Part shown: positions 27,730-41,622 of the stretch, piece after piece
How positions within the stretch are numbered: position 1 is the stretch's first letter
Layout of the letters: each line of letters opens with the position of its first letter
DNA from: Octopus sinensis
Taxonomy: Eukaryota
Assembly: GCF_006345805.1 (NCBI RefSeq)
Contig: NC_042999.1
Coordinates: 80,228,001-80,292,000 of the forward strand
Direction: 5' to 3'
Length of the DNA: 64,000 bases
Made by a program: the position numbers and the translations under genes
The notes under the pieces: generated by a model
Seen by the model: the letters and a program-made list of their open reading frames with translations, nothing else
What the model was told of the DNA's origin: nothing
Databases searched by the model: none

Positions 27730-27804
27730 CGATGAACATAAGAGGAAGTTGTCATATCTCTAATATCTGTTCTCATAAATCTTTCCAATAAGGTTTGACG
27801 TAGG
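27730..27804 (-). CDS. Candidate host exon B (unidentified protein)
   Basis: ttacttag acceptor; 75 nt, phase 2-2; only open frame LRQTLLERFMRTDIRDMTTSSYVH; weak donor gtgacc. Confidence 0.25.
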
Positions 27805-27906
27805 CTAAGTAATAGCGGCTATGCATCTCATTAACATCAAATAAATGTTACATGATGGCTTAAAAAAATAACAAAACCATCAACACAACATTCGACATTA
27901 GCATAC

Positions 27907-27955
27907 CTTTTATCTTCTTTACAAACATCCCACAAGGAGCTTAAAATGCGGGCCT
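27907..27955 (-). CDS. Candidate host exon A (unidentified protein)
   Basis: ctttgtcttag acceptor with upstream cactaat (alternative acceptor tttttcag at 28023); donor AAG|gtatgc; ARILSSLWDVCKEDK is in frame with exon B across a 102-nt intron. Confidence 0.3.
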
Positions 27956-28140
27956 CTAAGACAAAGTATATAATAGTAGTAAGTACATAATTGAAGATTA
28001 GTGCTAATATATTTAATGTCATCTGAAAAATGGTTGAATTTGTAAAGATAAAGTTACTGCAATGAAAAGGGCTGATGGGTTAATGCTCAAGATAGAGATG
28101 ACAGCTCGAGATTATCAGTAAGTAAAGATTAGAATTACAC

Positions 28141-28540
28141 AGGCGCAGGAGTGGCTGTGTGGTAAGTAGCTTGCTAACCAACCACATGGTTCCGGGTTCA
28201 GTCCCACGGCGTGGCACCTTGGGCAAGTGTCTTCTGCTATAGCCCCGGGCCGACCAATGCCTTGTGAGTGGATTTGGTAGACGGAAACTGAAAGAAGCCC
28301 GTCGTATATATGTATATATATATATATGTGTGTGTGTGTGTTTGTGTGTCTGTGTTTGTCCCCCTAGCACTGCTTGACAACCGATGCTGGTGTGTTTACG
28401 TCCCCGTAACTTAGCGGTTCGGCAAAAGAGACCGACAGAATAAGTACTGGGCTTACAAAGAATAAGTCCCGGGGTCGATTTGCTCGACTAAAGGCGGTGC
28501 TCCAGCATGGCCGCAGTCAAATAACTGAAACAAGTAAAAA
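28141..28540 (+). mobile_element. SINE-A, full length, close to consensus
   Basis: Complete head, microsatellite, core and tail. Confidence 0.9.
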
Positions 28541-29597
28541 AAATGCGATTAGAACACGAAAATAGCACAAAACCTAAAATAATTAAATCTGAATTTTATT
28601 AAATTTGGTGACAGTTCCAGAAATATATCAGGTACTCTGGACCTTCACGAAATAGTTTTGTCACTTCCATACTTGCCAAACCGGTGATAAAAGAATGGCT
28701 ATAAGGAATGTATGATAGTGCATATCAAAAATATCACTTAAAGAAATATCACCGGGGAACGTTCCGTAATGTCTGACAAGTGTAAGCTTTGACACTTCTC
28801 TCACTAACCCTGCTGAGAACGTTTCTATGATAAAATTTGTTTTTAAGTTATGTAAATTAAAATCAACCTTTGAAAATTTAGTGTTAATTTATGTTACAAA
28901 CAAGAGATTAATAATGAGAAAATATTTTAGTAAATTCATTATTTTCAAAATTAATTCATATGACGGCAGTTTATTTTAATAGTAATATGGTAACAAAACG
29001 GTTTCTCCTGGGAGAAAAATGGTCTTCCTGTAGGTGTTTATAAACTAAAACAAGAAACAAGAGATATGGTTTCAATATGATGAGTTGACGGAAACGTAAA
29101 CATTTCATTCAGCTTGGAATGAATGTAATTATTAAATCCAAATGGCGAATGCAGCGGACATGTTCCTTTCTTATTATATTACTTCAGTAAAGAATATTCT
29201 GTTCAGACGACTAAGCTAATAGCGTCGATTATTGATAACAACCAGAAGTCTGCGAAAAATACTTGAAAGAGTATTTTCTATAATAAATACAAAAACCGTG
29301 CGGTTGCTTTGCTATGAAATTCTTCGACTTTGCTGTGGAATTGCTTTCACTGTTTGATTATAGAGATAAGCTCCACTTAGCTCTGTATTGTCTATAATGT
29401 TAAAACTTTTCCTATCAACTGATCTGGCTGGTACTCTCTAGCGTGATAATTTTAGACATTTTAATTATTTATGAAGAAAATTTCTTTAAAAATTTCAGTG
29501 ATAACGTTAGAAGGTCAAAGATTTCAACCTCGTATGTTCTAGCATAAGCAACACCCTATCATATTTGTATTCAGTGTGCAGAACGGTCTCCAGAGAT

Positions 29598-29702
<105 letters not shown>

Positions 29703-29755
29703 ATGTCTGAATGTATATACCTATATGTTATATATATATGTGTGTGTGTGTGAAA

Positions 29756-30085
29756 GTGTATGGTTCAATGGTTAGAGCGTCGAGCCTACGATCGTGAGGT
29801 TGTGAGCTCGAATCCCGGGCCGGGCTGCGTATTGTGTTCTTGAGCAAGACACTTTATTTCACGTTGCCCCAGTTCACTCAGCTGTACAAATGAGTTGCGA
29901 CGACACAGGTGCCAAATTGCAATGGCTTTTGCCTTTCCCTTGGATAACATTGGTGGTGTGGAGAGGGGAGGCTGGTATGCATGGGCGACTTCTGGTCTTC
30001 AATAAACAACGTTGCCCGGACTCGTGCTTGGGAGGGTAACTTTCTAGGTGCAATCCCATGGTCAGTCATGACCGAAGGGGGTCTC
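29756..30085 (+). mobile_element. SINE-C (tRNA-like head, tail ending gaccgaagggggtctc)
   Basis: tggttcaatggttagagcg A-box, gctcgaatccc B-box, ttgtgttcttgagcaagacact box; second copy on the minus strand at 43555-43835. Confidence 0.85.
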
Positions 30086-30699
30086 AGCTCAGCGGTGTGT
30101 TTGTATGTATGTGTGTAAGTGCGTGTTTAGCGCTTTAGTCTTGCCGAGTAAAATTGTTTTCGCAGAACCGATATAATATGACCTAAGCATGTCTAGTGCT
30201 TTCAACAGTTACATTAAAGACGAGAGCCATTTCAGAATGAACAGTGTATAAAATGCCCAAACTGAAATCAAGTAAACTTATTGGAGTTATCAATAAGTTG
30301 TTGATAACTTTGTTGGCTTCAAATTTTAAGTCGACTTGGAGGAAAATTTTGTTTATTACTTCTTATAGGCAATTTTATTAGATGGGTTTATGCTATTCTC
30401 TGTATTACACTTGTACCACACTATTTCATATGTACAATATTGTACAGAAGCTGGTGTGGCAACAAAATATATTCATCAAGTATGCTTCTGGATGCCATCG
30501 GCATGTTAAGCAAACAGTTAAGTCAATGGTAGCATAACTATGCAGTGAGGCGTTCTTTATTATTTTTATTAATTGATGAATACTTTGCCAGTGGACATTT
30601 TAACTGAATGCTTAAATTTCATCAGAATATGTAGAAACAACTCCGAAAACTCAGTAACTTCATTACTAATAAATAAATATATAAATAATAATAATAATG

Positions 30700-30730
<31 letters not shown>

Positions 30731-30789
30731 TAATAATAATAGCAGGTTTCTTGAATGTTTCTTATCCAATAAACAAGTGTCACGTTAGT

Positions 30790-30915
30790 CTACTGACTGT
30801 ACACAACTGACACTGTCCATCATACCAAGCAAAATGAGCTGTGTATTTTCATTTAATAATAATAATAATGATAATAATAATAATAATAATAATGATGATG
30901 ATAATAATGATGATG

Positions 30916-30987
<72 letters not shown>

Positions 30988-31558
30988 GACGCCACGACAA
31001 TATAGCCAGGCTTGTCTATTGGACACTTTACAACAAGTATGGACTTGACAGAGCAAAAAAATTGGTACAACCACAAACCTGAAGGTATCGTCGAAAATAG
31101 AAATGCAAAGATCCTATGGGATTTTATGATACAGTACGACCATGAGATAGAGAATAGGAAGCCAAACATAGTCTTAATTGAGAAAGAAAACAAAATATGC
31201 TGGAACATAGATATAGCATGCCCAATTGATAACAAAGTATGCGCTTCGGAAGAATGAAAAGTTGAGAGATATGACAGGTTACGAGCTTGGGAAATTAAGT
31301 AACTGTGGTCGATGAAAAAGGTAGCAATAGTACCAAGAATTGTCGGAGCCTGGGAACAGTGAGCAAAAGTCTCGAAAAGGAGATGGAACAAATAGGGGTT
31401 GCAATAAGGGTGGAGCACATGCAGAAAACAGCACTGTTTGGAACAGTTCGAATACTCCGGACGGTGTTCGAAAAATTAAGGGGTGTTACCTTAGTTCACT
31501 GCTAGTGAACAGCTGACATTGTAGTACAATCTCCAACGTTAGAAGCTGTGCAAAGGCA
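30790..31558 (+). mobile_element. R4/Dong-type LINE 3' part, family A, with (AAT)n at 30853-30986
   Basis: RRHDNIARLVYW...NHKPEGIVENRNAKILWDFMIQYDHEIENRKPNIVLIEKENKICWNIDIACPIDNK (PD..D REL motif), then GTVSKSLEKEMEQIGVAIRVEHMQKTALFGTVRILR and the 3' UTR. Confidence 0.9.
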
Positions 31559-31577
31559 ACGATGATGATGATGATCA

Positions 31578-31633
<56 letters not shown>

Positions 31634-32124
31634 ATAATAATAATAAGGTAAAACGCAATACAATTTTCAATAAGGCAAGACATAAATTTTTCTCATTTGA
31701 TCTGAACAACAGAAACATAAAGTCGCCGTCATCCAGGAAAAATACATCACGCACGATAAATAAAATGCAAATTTTCAGTAGAATATTCTGCTTACAATCT
31801 ACACATGAAAGTTGCTAACGACATGGCGGTTGTTCACTTCATAAAAACAGATATTTCAGTGATAACACTTGTTCTACACTCGGAGGCATTGTAAATGAGA
31901 TATTTACCGAAATGCTATACTACTTTCAATAGAACCCAAATATGAAACATTTCATGACATTCTGTTGAATATTTCATACGAAATCGACTTGACATGAAAG
32001 CGATAATAAAACGTAAAAGATTCAAAATTCTTTAGCTCATAAACATACTCCCACAAATATTTAGATTTCTGTTTCTATGCAACTGATGTGGGTTCGAATT
32101 CAGCCTAGAACAGAATGTGTAATA

Positions 32125-33150
32125 CTGAGTTCAAATTTCGCCGAGATGGACTTGGCATTTCATCCATTCGGGGTACCAGTTGAACACTGGGGTGAATGTA
32201 ATTGATTTACTGCTCCCCGCAAACTTGCTGGCCCTGTGCCAAAATTTAAGACCAATATTGGAGGTCGAAGGGCAGAAGTTTTATAATCCATGGTTGGCAA
32301 TGCAGAGTTCTATTGATTGAGACACTTGAAACTCAGAGGGTCAGCTATTTTTTTCGTAAAGACAGCATACGCATCTAAATGACTCGCTCAATCATTTACC
32401 AATTTGAAAGTTGTGTGCTTCTTAAATGAAATTAATTAGTTAATTTCATGTCCTGAATTCAAATGCCACCTTGAAAAATATGTATTACCTACAGGCTTAA
32501 AGATACACATGTAATATTTGATTACTTTCTTATAACGTGCAATATATGACATTATCGTTGATATATACGGAAGTAAACATTAATTATGTAAAATAATTTT
32601 AGTACGTTAGTATATCGTAAAAGAAAACCCTTAGAAAGCACTATGTGACTTTGTTTGCTTATTTCTTTATTTCTCTTCTCTTTCCTCACTATGTATGTGT
32701 GTCGACACCATCGACCTCTGAACTTGACTAGTACATTATTTTATCAGTCCTGAAGGGATAAAAGGCATATGTATCTTCAGCGGGAATTGAAATCAGAAGG
32801 TAGAGCATCAAAAGAAATATTTCAAGCTGTTTTTCCAGACACTCTAACGACTTTGCCAATCTATCGTTCTTAGTTATTTATCATAGAGATAAAAGGCTAG
32901 GAAATAAGAGTGGAGAGGATTAATGGATAACATTGGCCCCAGTCCTTGACAGGTACTTCATTTTATCGACCCCGAAAGGATGGAAGGCACAGTACCCTCG
33001 TTGGGATTTGAATTTAGGAAGTAAAGCGTGGGAAGAAAGAAATACAAGAAGGATTTTCCCCCCCAAGGATATAACGGGTCTGCCGTAATAGCAGTATTTA
33101 ACTTAGGCACAGGGCCAGCAATTTTCAGAGGAGAGGTGTGTCGATTAAAT
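32125..33150. mobile_element. Cluster of degenerate SINE-B copies (+ 32125-32258; - 32700-32870; - 32890-33150)
   Basis: ctgagttcaaatttcgccgag, atcgaccccgaaaggatg and related core motifs. Confidence 0.6.
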
Positions 33151-33639
33151 CGTCAAAAACAAACAAGCAAACGAATAAATAAATAAATATATAAATAAAT
33201 AAATAGAATTAATGAAATAGTCACGACTGAAAAGCGTTTGACTATATATTTGGCCTTCGAGATCAATATGGAATTGGTGCTAAGCAAAGATAATAACAAC
33301 AGCAGTAGTTACTAAGATTTATTCAAACAACAATGGCATCCTATTTAGTCAGTATTTAACTGTGTTTCTATCTAATTTCTCTTTCTTTCTAAAGAAAGAA
33401 AATTACAGCAGATTCAACATTAAAACGTCTATTTGCTGATTCTAGGACTTCGAATACTGTTGAATGCTTGGTTAAATCCGCTATGTCAACGAACAGTCAC
33501 ATTTTACAATCAGCATTACAGTGGATTTCAATATATATGCAGTAACTTGTGTCAGAGGAGTATTTCGTTATATAAGACAACATGGACAATGTATATATTA
33601 GCCTTGTCAGACCTGAGAGACCGGAAGGTAAAGGTAGTA

Positions 33640-33851
33640 ATATATGCATGTATGTGTGTGTGTGTATGTATGTATGTATGCATGTATGTGTGTGTATGTA
33701 TATATGTATGTATGTATGAATAAATGTATGTATGTATGTAAGTATGTATCAGTGTATGCATGAACTACGTATCTATAAATGTATTATGTGTGTGTGTGTG
33801 TTTGTACGTGCATTTATATATACGTATATATATGCAAATGCATGCATATAT

Positions 33852-33887
<36 letters not shown>

Positions 33888-34613
33888 CTGTATATATATA
33901 TATATATATTACACACAAACGCACGCACACACACAAAAAGGCATATACACAAAGAGAATGAGAGGGAGAAAACGAGTGAGAGATGGAGTTTGGAAGGTAA
34001 ATGCATATATGCGCCTGTATTCGTATATATGTATATATATTTGTGTGTGTGTGTTTGTGGTGTGTGTAAAATGTATGTATATATATATTTGCATGTACCT
34101 ATGTATATGTATTTTATGTGTATGCATCTGTATGCATGTGCGTAAGCATGTATGCATAAGTGGGAGCGTGAGTTACGGCTTCATTGGCAGTGTAATGGAG
34201 ATAATATTTACAAACACACTACGATTCGGGAGACACTGTAAGATTAGGGTTAACGAAGGAATATGCATACGACAAGGAGTTTATTAGACAACACAGGAGA
34301 GTGAACTTAAGACAAAGCAGTAAAGTGAGATTGGGAGAAAAAAAAGGGCGTGTGGATGAAAGGGGGAGAGAGGTTTTAGTTTCATTAGTTAAGCTGAAAG
34401 AAAGAGAGAGTGAGAGGGGGGAGAGATGAAGAGGGACAATTAACGAGGTTATGAGCGATATGTAGATGACAGGGAGGGAAGACTGTGTGAGTATATATGT
34501 GTAGATGTATATGCATATATAGGTACACATACACACACCGACATGTACGTGTACCTACAGATACTTAATTATATGTCCTTATATATGTATGTGTGTATAT
34601 ATATATATGTATG

Positions 34614-34644
<31 letters not shown>

Positions 34645-35180
34645 GTATATATGTATATATATATGTATATATATATATGTATATATATTATGCATATATA
34701 TATATATGTATATATACACATTCATATATGCATATATGTATAAACACAAACACACGCACATACATATATGTATATATATATATGTATACATTCATATATA
34801 TATACATTTGTATATATATATATGTATGTATATACATATATATATATGTATATATATCTCTCTTTCTATATATCTATATATATATATATATATATATACA
34901 CTCACACACATACACACAGACACACGCACACACACACACACACACACACGCACACATACGCACACACATGTATATATATATATATATATATATATCTATA
35001 TATATATATATATATATATACGGGTGTGTACTTTTCTGTCTCTATACGTGTCTCTGAGTATGTTTGTCTTTGTATACTCACACAAGCACAAACGCTCACA
35101 CACTCACACACTTACCAACACATACACACGCATACGCATACACGCGCGCAGACACGTACATGCGCGCGCGCGCAAGCACA
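33640..35180. repeat. Microsatellite-rich block (TA, TG, CA, TATG)
   Basis: Directly visible, with short unique spacers. Confidence 0.85.
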
Positions 35181-36284
35181 AACACAAATGTTCCACAAAG
35201 TCAAACAATGGTTTAGAGGAAGACAGAAAACAATATGTAATACGTTGGGGAGAAAGAAAGAAGGAAATAGAAAAACAACAGACACAGATAGAGAATGTCT
35301 GGGAGTGTCAGTTGTAGCTTCCAACTTTTAGTGAATGTTCATTAATGTCTTTCTTCAAAGGTAATTGAACTTCTCAAGACTGTAGCTGCACTCTTGCGGA
35401 ATCTTGGATTAATTACATGCATCGTTGAAACGAACAAGGAGCATAAAGGAATAAGAAATAAAAGCCACAACAATAGCAATATCAATATTATAAGAAAGGA
35501 AAATAAAATGGCCATTGTTTGTTTAAATAAATCATTAGATATACACAGATGGCGTGTGATGGTAATGGCGACGGTGATACAGAATCACGATCACGTAGCC
35601 CAGTGTGTTGTAGGGGTCTTTCATGAAAGATATCTTGAGGAAATCAGCTTCGAACAATCAGTCCATCCCTTGATCTGAACATTGTAAGATAATGAAACAC
35701 TCAACAGTTTTATAGTACTGTCGCGACATAAAACGGTGATTTATTTCCACCCAGTGGATTTATTTATAGCTAAGTAGACAGATTGTCGTCATTGACATGT
35801 TTGTTGGCCCTGACCGATCATCTCTATGAGCAACAGAGTTCTAACCCGCGACAGTGCCATAATTTTTTATGAGTATTGACTAAATCATTTAATGTGTCTT
35901 TCTTAAAATGTTTAACAACGGGCTGAGATTTGAAGCAAATTTGTCTGATATTTTTAGTGAACACATAGACATTATCATTTGGCTAGGTCGATAGCACACA
36001 CACAAACACACATGCACACACAACACTACCAAAATCTGAAACTGAAGTGAACAGTTGTTGACTCTTTACAAATCTCAAATGAGTTGCAATTGAAAATAGT
36101 AGGGGCAAGAAAGCCAGATCAATAAAGGTTTATGGTTGTGCATAAACTTATGCAAGAACAGCATAGGTGTACATTTACATGGAGAAAATAGCCTGAGCTA
36201 TGTTAGGTGTTGTTGGATGTAGTGATGCCCATAAGGAGTGAAGACTTATCAACTGGTTATTTCGGGGCGTGTCTGTGCTTGTGT

Positions 36285-36316
36285 TTGTTTGTGTGTGTGT
36301 GTGTATGTGTGTGTGT

Positions 36317-36397
<81 letters not shown>
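36285..36397. repeat. (TG)n
   Basis: Directly visible. Confidence 0.95.
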
Positions 36398-36398
<1 letters not shown>

Positions 36399-36489
36399 AA
36401 GTACTGAGAAGTAAAAGAAATGTAGTCGCGTTAGACGAAATATGTATTAATTGGTGTATTACGAGTGCTGAATATATATGTAATGTGTG

Positions 36490-36697
36490 TAGGCGGCGAG
36501 CTGGCAGACACGTTAGGTATTTCGTCTGTCGTTACGTTCTGAGTTCAAATTCCGCCGAGGTCGACTTTGCCTTTCACCCTTTCGAGGGTCGATAAATAAA
36601 GTACCAGTTTCGCACTGGGATCGATGTAATCGACTTAATCCCTTTGTCTGTCCTTGTTTGTCCCCTCTATGTTTAGCCCCTTGTGGGCAATAAAGAA
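36490..36697 (+). mobile_element. SINE-B (tail type 1)
   Basis: aggcggcgagctggcag...gtttagccccttgtgggcaataaagaaata. Confidence 0.9.
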
Positions 36698-37127
36698 ATA
36701 CATATATGTAATGTGAGCATGTATTAGTGTGTGTGTGTGAGTGTGTGTGTTTGTCTGTCTGTCTGTCTAAACACGAGATCATGCTCCATGATTAGAACTT
36801 TGCCAAAACACTCGATCTTAACATTATTACTAAAAAATTATTTGTTTTTTTTTGTATTTAAATTTAAATTCATCTCTCTAGAAAGCCTCGCAGTTGACGC
36901 CCTCTTGCACATTTTATCCAGAATATTGTCGCGGGAATCATGTGTTTATATCTCATGTCCACGTGTGACACTCTGAGAAATTATATAGTAAGTGTGCATA
37001 TAATACTCACTCAGGCATACACATATATTGTATATTTATATAATGTGTTGCATTGTGAAACTTTATACATCATTATTATACATCGTTATTCCAAGTATCT
37101 TAGGATGAGAAACAAATCTGGCATTTA

Positions 37128-37458
37128 GTAAAAAAGAATCTGGCACTCCGTCGGTTACGACAACCAGAGTTCCAGTTGATCCGATCAACGGAACAGCTTG
37201 CTCGTGAAATTAACATGCAAGTGACTGAGCGCCCCACAGACAGGTGTACCCTTAACGTAGTTCTCGGGGAGATTCAGCGAGACACAGTGTGTGACAAGGC
37301 TGGCCTTTTGAAATACAGGTACTACTCATTTTTGCCAACTGTGTGAACTGGAGCAACGTGAAATAAAGTATCTTGCGCAAGGACACAACGCGTCGCTGGG
37401 AATTGAACTCATGACCTTACAATCGTTAGCCGATACCCTAACCACTAAGCCACACGCC
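37128..37458 (-). mobile_element. SINE-C variant with a different tail (...gtaaccgacggagtgcca)
   Basis: Same head and gtgtccttgcgcaagatact box as SINE-C, different 3' half; degenerate sister copy at 39985-40285. Confidence 0.8.
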
Positions 37459-37547
37459 TTCATTTATTTCGTAAGCGAACATTAAAAACACTTCAAAAAC
37501 TCTTCAATATCATAGCGAAGGCTGGTTGGTTGATATAAAATATCAAT

Positions 37548-37758
37548 CTTTTCTACTCGAGGTGAAAGGCCCGAAATTTTGGGGAGAGAGGCCAGTCGAT
37601 TAGATCGACACCTGTACGCAACTGGTACTTAATTTATCGACCCCTAAAGGATGAAAGGCAAAGTCGACCTCGGTGAAATTTGAACTCAGAACGTAAAGAC
37701 AGACGAAATACAGCTAAGCATTTCGCCCGGTGTGCTAACGATTCTGCTAGCTCGCCGC
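37548..37758 (-). mobile_element. SINE-B (tail type 2)
   Basis: Reverse complement of head and core. Confidence 0.85.
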
Positions 37759-38929
37759 ATTATATGGAATAAAAATGGTTAACGATAGAGAAATGTTTTG
37801 CTCTTAAACATGTGTTCATTGAATTATGGTAGCTATGCCGATCTTTTTTTCATTTATATGTATATATGAGAAAAAATACGTGTATGAAAAATGTGTATGT
37901 CTGTAAATGTATTAGACCAGAACCAAGAATAAAACTCGTAACGATGATCTGTGAAAATGGGTAAAAAAAAGCCTTCTTGTTATTCAAGTTCTTATAGTTT
38001 TAGTTCCTGAATTAAAACACGGGGAAATTCAAAATTAATTACACTTCTATTTACAGTTTATCCTCAAATACGCTGTCTCAGTGCTTCAGTTAATCTCTTT
38101 ACACATTTTTGTCTGTATATTTTTATGTATTCATTACTCGCTTGTGCATATTTGAGTATATATAATTTTACTTGAAAGCATGAATACTTTCGTGCACATA
38201 CGTCCACAGTTACGTACGTGTCTGAGTATGTGCGCGCACCATTGGCGTGTATATGCTTGCATAGATGTGTATGCGCCCGCGTATGTTTGTGTGTGTGTGT
38301 CTTATTCCAGCTAATTTGATTTTCATTTCCTTCAAGCGCAGCTCTTTCGCATTTACAGTGTTATAGATGTTGTCGTTTCTATAGCATCTGCATTTGCAAC
38401 TAATTAGCAGCATAGTTTACAGGAATTGGCGAGCTTTAAGATGAACAACAAATACTGCAACATCAACGACAGTATAGACAGTAATAACAATAGCAGCAAT
38501 AACATGTGATAACAACAAAACAAAAACTGCATAAAAAAAACATCACGAAGAATATAAGAGTACCAACAACAGAAGCAGCAGTTACAATAGAGTTCGTAGT
38601 ATTCATAAAGAGTTGCTTTATACCCAGAAGTGGGGAATATGAAGCAGTGAGATTGTTTAAGTTGCGGCGTGTGGGATACTAGTGAAACATGTGTCACGAG
38701 TTTCAGTTTGAAAGCATCCGATTGACCAAGTAATTCCGAATACAACAGCAAGAACACAAACAACAAAAAACGACAACAAAAGCCACCACCAACCACCACC
38801 ACCACCACCACTGCAACTACAACAAAATTCGAGAGCTACTGAAGTCACTGAGTGTCTCTACCGCTCGACTTTCAAGAATTAGTAGCCAATCTGTGTCTCT
38901 GATTCTACTCGCGTATTTGCTATGCAGTG

Positions 38930-39760
38930 ATTTTTGTTCTCGTTTCTCTTTTCTGTATTGGAGGCTGGTCTGTTTGCCTATATTTGTTTTGCCTTGTCAG
39001 TTGGAGATACTTTTTGCTTCGGGTATTGGTTCATCCAGCCGCATTTCTCGAAGGTATATAATTGCCTTGCACACCGGACGAAATGCTTAACGGTATTACG
39101 TCTGCCGCTGCGTTATGAGTTCAAATTCTGCCGAGGTCGACGTTGCCTTTCATCCTTTCGGGGTCGATTAAATAAGTACCAGTTACGCACTGGGGTCGAT
39201 ATAATCGACTTAATCCGTTTGTCTGTCCTTGTTTGTCCTCTCTGTGTGTAGCCCCTTGTGGGTAGGAAAGAAATAGGTATATAATTGCCTTTTTCGTCAC
39301 TAAATGCAACTTTTTTTACTGATTTTCACATTCAGTCGTTTGCTTGTTTCAGATATGAATATAGCTTTATGGTCACAATTTTATGAATTGAGTTTGTATA
39401 AATCAAGGACCGCTTTCTTTTCTCGGAAGGTATATTCAGGATATATCTGCTTTTGGATGCGTTGTCATCAGCTATTGGATATTGGCATCAGCTTTATTGA
39501 TCTTAGAACTGCACTACTTTATAAGATTGATGTCGCATATCACTACAATTATGGCTAAAGTGCTTTTGGCCTCAGTTTCGTTTCTGGCATTAAACTCAAG
39601 TTTCAGAATAGCTCATTCGATGATAGCATTCCTTTCTTATCTTTCCTTATTAGTGATTGCTTAATTCCATCTCCCAAACAGACCCCAGATACTTATAACT
39701 GCCCTTAGATTATAATTCTGTTACTTCGGTTTCTCTGTCTAGGGAGATATTGTATGGGCT
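38930..39760 (-). mobile_element. R4/Dong-type LINE internal fragment, family B, split by a SINE-B
   Basis: Minus strand YKYLG...ILKLEFNARN...THPKADIS*IYLPRKESG and LREMRLDEPIPE; homologous to 60500-61030. Confidence 0.7.
39069..39274 (+). mobile_element. 5'-truncated SINE-B (tail type 1) with a 17-bp TSD
   Basis: aggtatataattgcctt duplicated at 39052-39068 and 39275-39291. Confidence 0.9.
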
Positions 39761-40534
39761 CGATAAATTCTCCTTGACAAATATAGCCTTGGTTTATTAA
39801 TCAGGCATATATTCCATTTTGATCACACTTTTAAATTGCTTGATTATGTGAAGGAACACGTAGCTGTTGATCATCTTGCGCAATCATCCAAATATAGGTG
39901 ATCGTTGGCTTTTCCACACATATCCAGAAATTCATTCTTTCAGGAGTTTACTTTGGGATAATAATGCTAAAAGTGGTCTGGCTCACGGTCGTTTCCGACA
40001 GCGAGTATTTCAGCTGACACGATCATTCGAACAGCCTGCTCCTAAGGTTAACGTGCAAGTAGTTGAACTCTCCACAGACACGCGTACCCCTTAATGTATT
40101 TTTCAGGTAGATTCAGTGTGACAAAGCGTATGACAATGCTTGTCCTCCGAATTACCGGTACAGCTCACTTTTGCCGGCTGAGTGGATTGGAGCAACAAGA
40201 AATAAAATGTTTTGCTGAAGGATAAAACGCGCCACCGGCAAACAAACTCAAAATCCGAACAACCTCGCTACTAAGCCATGTACCCTCTCATAAGAGGAAC
40301 TTCTATTTTGATTGTGCTCTTCTCAATGTGCCTATAGAATTTCTTTGCGTTATTCTCAAATATCTTATCTCTAAACAACACGGGTAATTTCTCGAAGGGG
40401 CGCCAATGCGCGGTTGTGGCCTTCACTTTGGCCTTCCTTTTCGTTTTATTTTATACTTTCTTTAGCAGCAAATTGCTGTCCAAACATTAATTCTACACAT
40501 CGTCCTCCTCCTAATCATTGTCGTCACCATCGTT

Positions 40535-40607
40535 ATCTTCTTCTTCTTGCTGTTGTTGTTGTTGTTGTTGTTCTTCTTCTTCTTCTGCTTCTTCTTCTTC
40601 CTCTTCT

Positions 40608-40684
<77 letters not shown>

Positions 40685-40770
40685 TTCTTCTTCTTCTTCT
40701 CTTCTTCTTCTTCTTCTTCTTCTTCCTCTTCCTCTTCTTCTTCTTCTTCTTCTTCTTCTTCTTCTTCTTC
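40535..40770. repeat. (CTT)n with a short (GTT)n
   Basis: Directly visible. Confidence 0.95.
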
Positions 40771-41215
40771 TGCACCCTCACTTTCAAGTGGAACTTGAAA
40801 AAATCGATGAGTGCTCGACTGAAGAGTAATGTGTCTTTCCTCAATCCTTTCAACCAGGTTCATCTCACAACCTCTCTCACCATAATCTCAAGAGAAAAGG
40901 ACACCACCTGCTTTGCCTTGTTAAAGATGGGTGATGGGGCAAACCTCACAATGGATTCTTCCCGTAGTCGGTTTCATCTAACCCACGATAACAGTTGATC
41001 GATAACTCTACAAGTCAGCAATACTCGGACATTGTACGAGTGCGGGCTCTACGGTTTTATCTCTCTGTGCGCATTTCGAGCAGTCTTGACTGACGGCGGC
41101 TCCGTCCATGTAGAGGTTATCTCGAACTGGCAAAGCTTCTCGGTAGTACGACCAGGCCAGGAATTTTTGGAAGTTATCCATGATAAACCGTTACCTAATG
41201 AAATGAAAAGTATTG
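40771..41215 (-). mobile_element. Tx1/L1-clade LINE ORF2 zf-RVT and C-terminal fragment
   Basis: Minus strand MDNFQKFLAWSYYREALPVRDNLY...CSKCAQRDKTVEPALVQCP and KGLRKDTLLFSRALIDFFKFHLKVRV. Confidence 0.75.
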
Positions 41216-41409
41216 AAATTTAGACTTGCACAGTCAACCTGCGGAAAAATGCAATCTTGTATTCTGCAAGTATGCAAAGAAAAAGTTTTGAGATTTGAGG
41301 AGATGGCTGTCACCAAACACCAAGAAAATATTCCTGGCCACTAAATTGGCTTGCAATAGTTTCGAATAATAATAAGAACCATAACAACAACAACAATAAT
41401 AATAATAAT

Positions 41410-41622
41410 AACATTGGTTTCAAATTTTGGCACAAGGTCAGTAATTTCGGAGGAGGGTTAAGTCGGTTATATCAGTCCCAGTGCTCAGCTTATTTTATCA
41501 ACCCCTGATGAATGATAGGCAAAGTCGACCTTGGCGGAATTTGAACTCAGAACGTAAGGACGGAGGAAATGTCACTATGTATTTTGCCCGGAATACTAAC
41601 GATTCTACCAGCTCGCCACCTT
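41410..41622 (-). mobile_element. SINE-B (tail type 2)
   Basis: aaagtcgaccttggcggaatttgaactcagaacg...ccagctcgccacctt. Confidence 0.85.

Noticed and set aside
28785-29003. Possible piggyBac-type MITE (right end atatggtaacaaaacggttt)
   Set aside because: The left TIR and TTAA TSD are not recoverable from the sequence; resemblance is from memory only.
29756-29830. tRNA-like segments with A and B boxes here and at other SINE heads
   Set aside because: No complete cloverleaf; they continue into SINE bodies, so they are not tRNA genes.
33446-33626. Possible plus-strand exon (ttctag acceptor, gaag|gtaaag donor)
   Set aside because: No recognisable peptide; such sites are common by chance in AT-rich DNA.
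38404-38900. Minus-strand ORF with a signal-peptide-like stretch, and a nearby CCAAT/TCAGT promoter-like region
   Set aside because: The ORF starts at a non-ATG codon and is built largely from GGT/GTT/GCT triplet repeats; the motifs are too short to support a call.
39352-39428. Apparent plus-strand exon (tttcag...aag|gtatat)
   Set aside because: It lies inside the minus-strand R4 family-B fragment.
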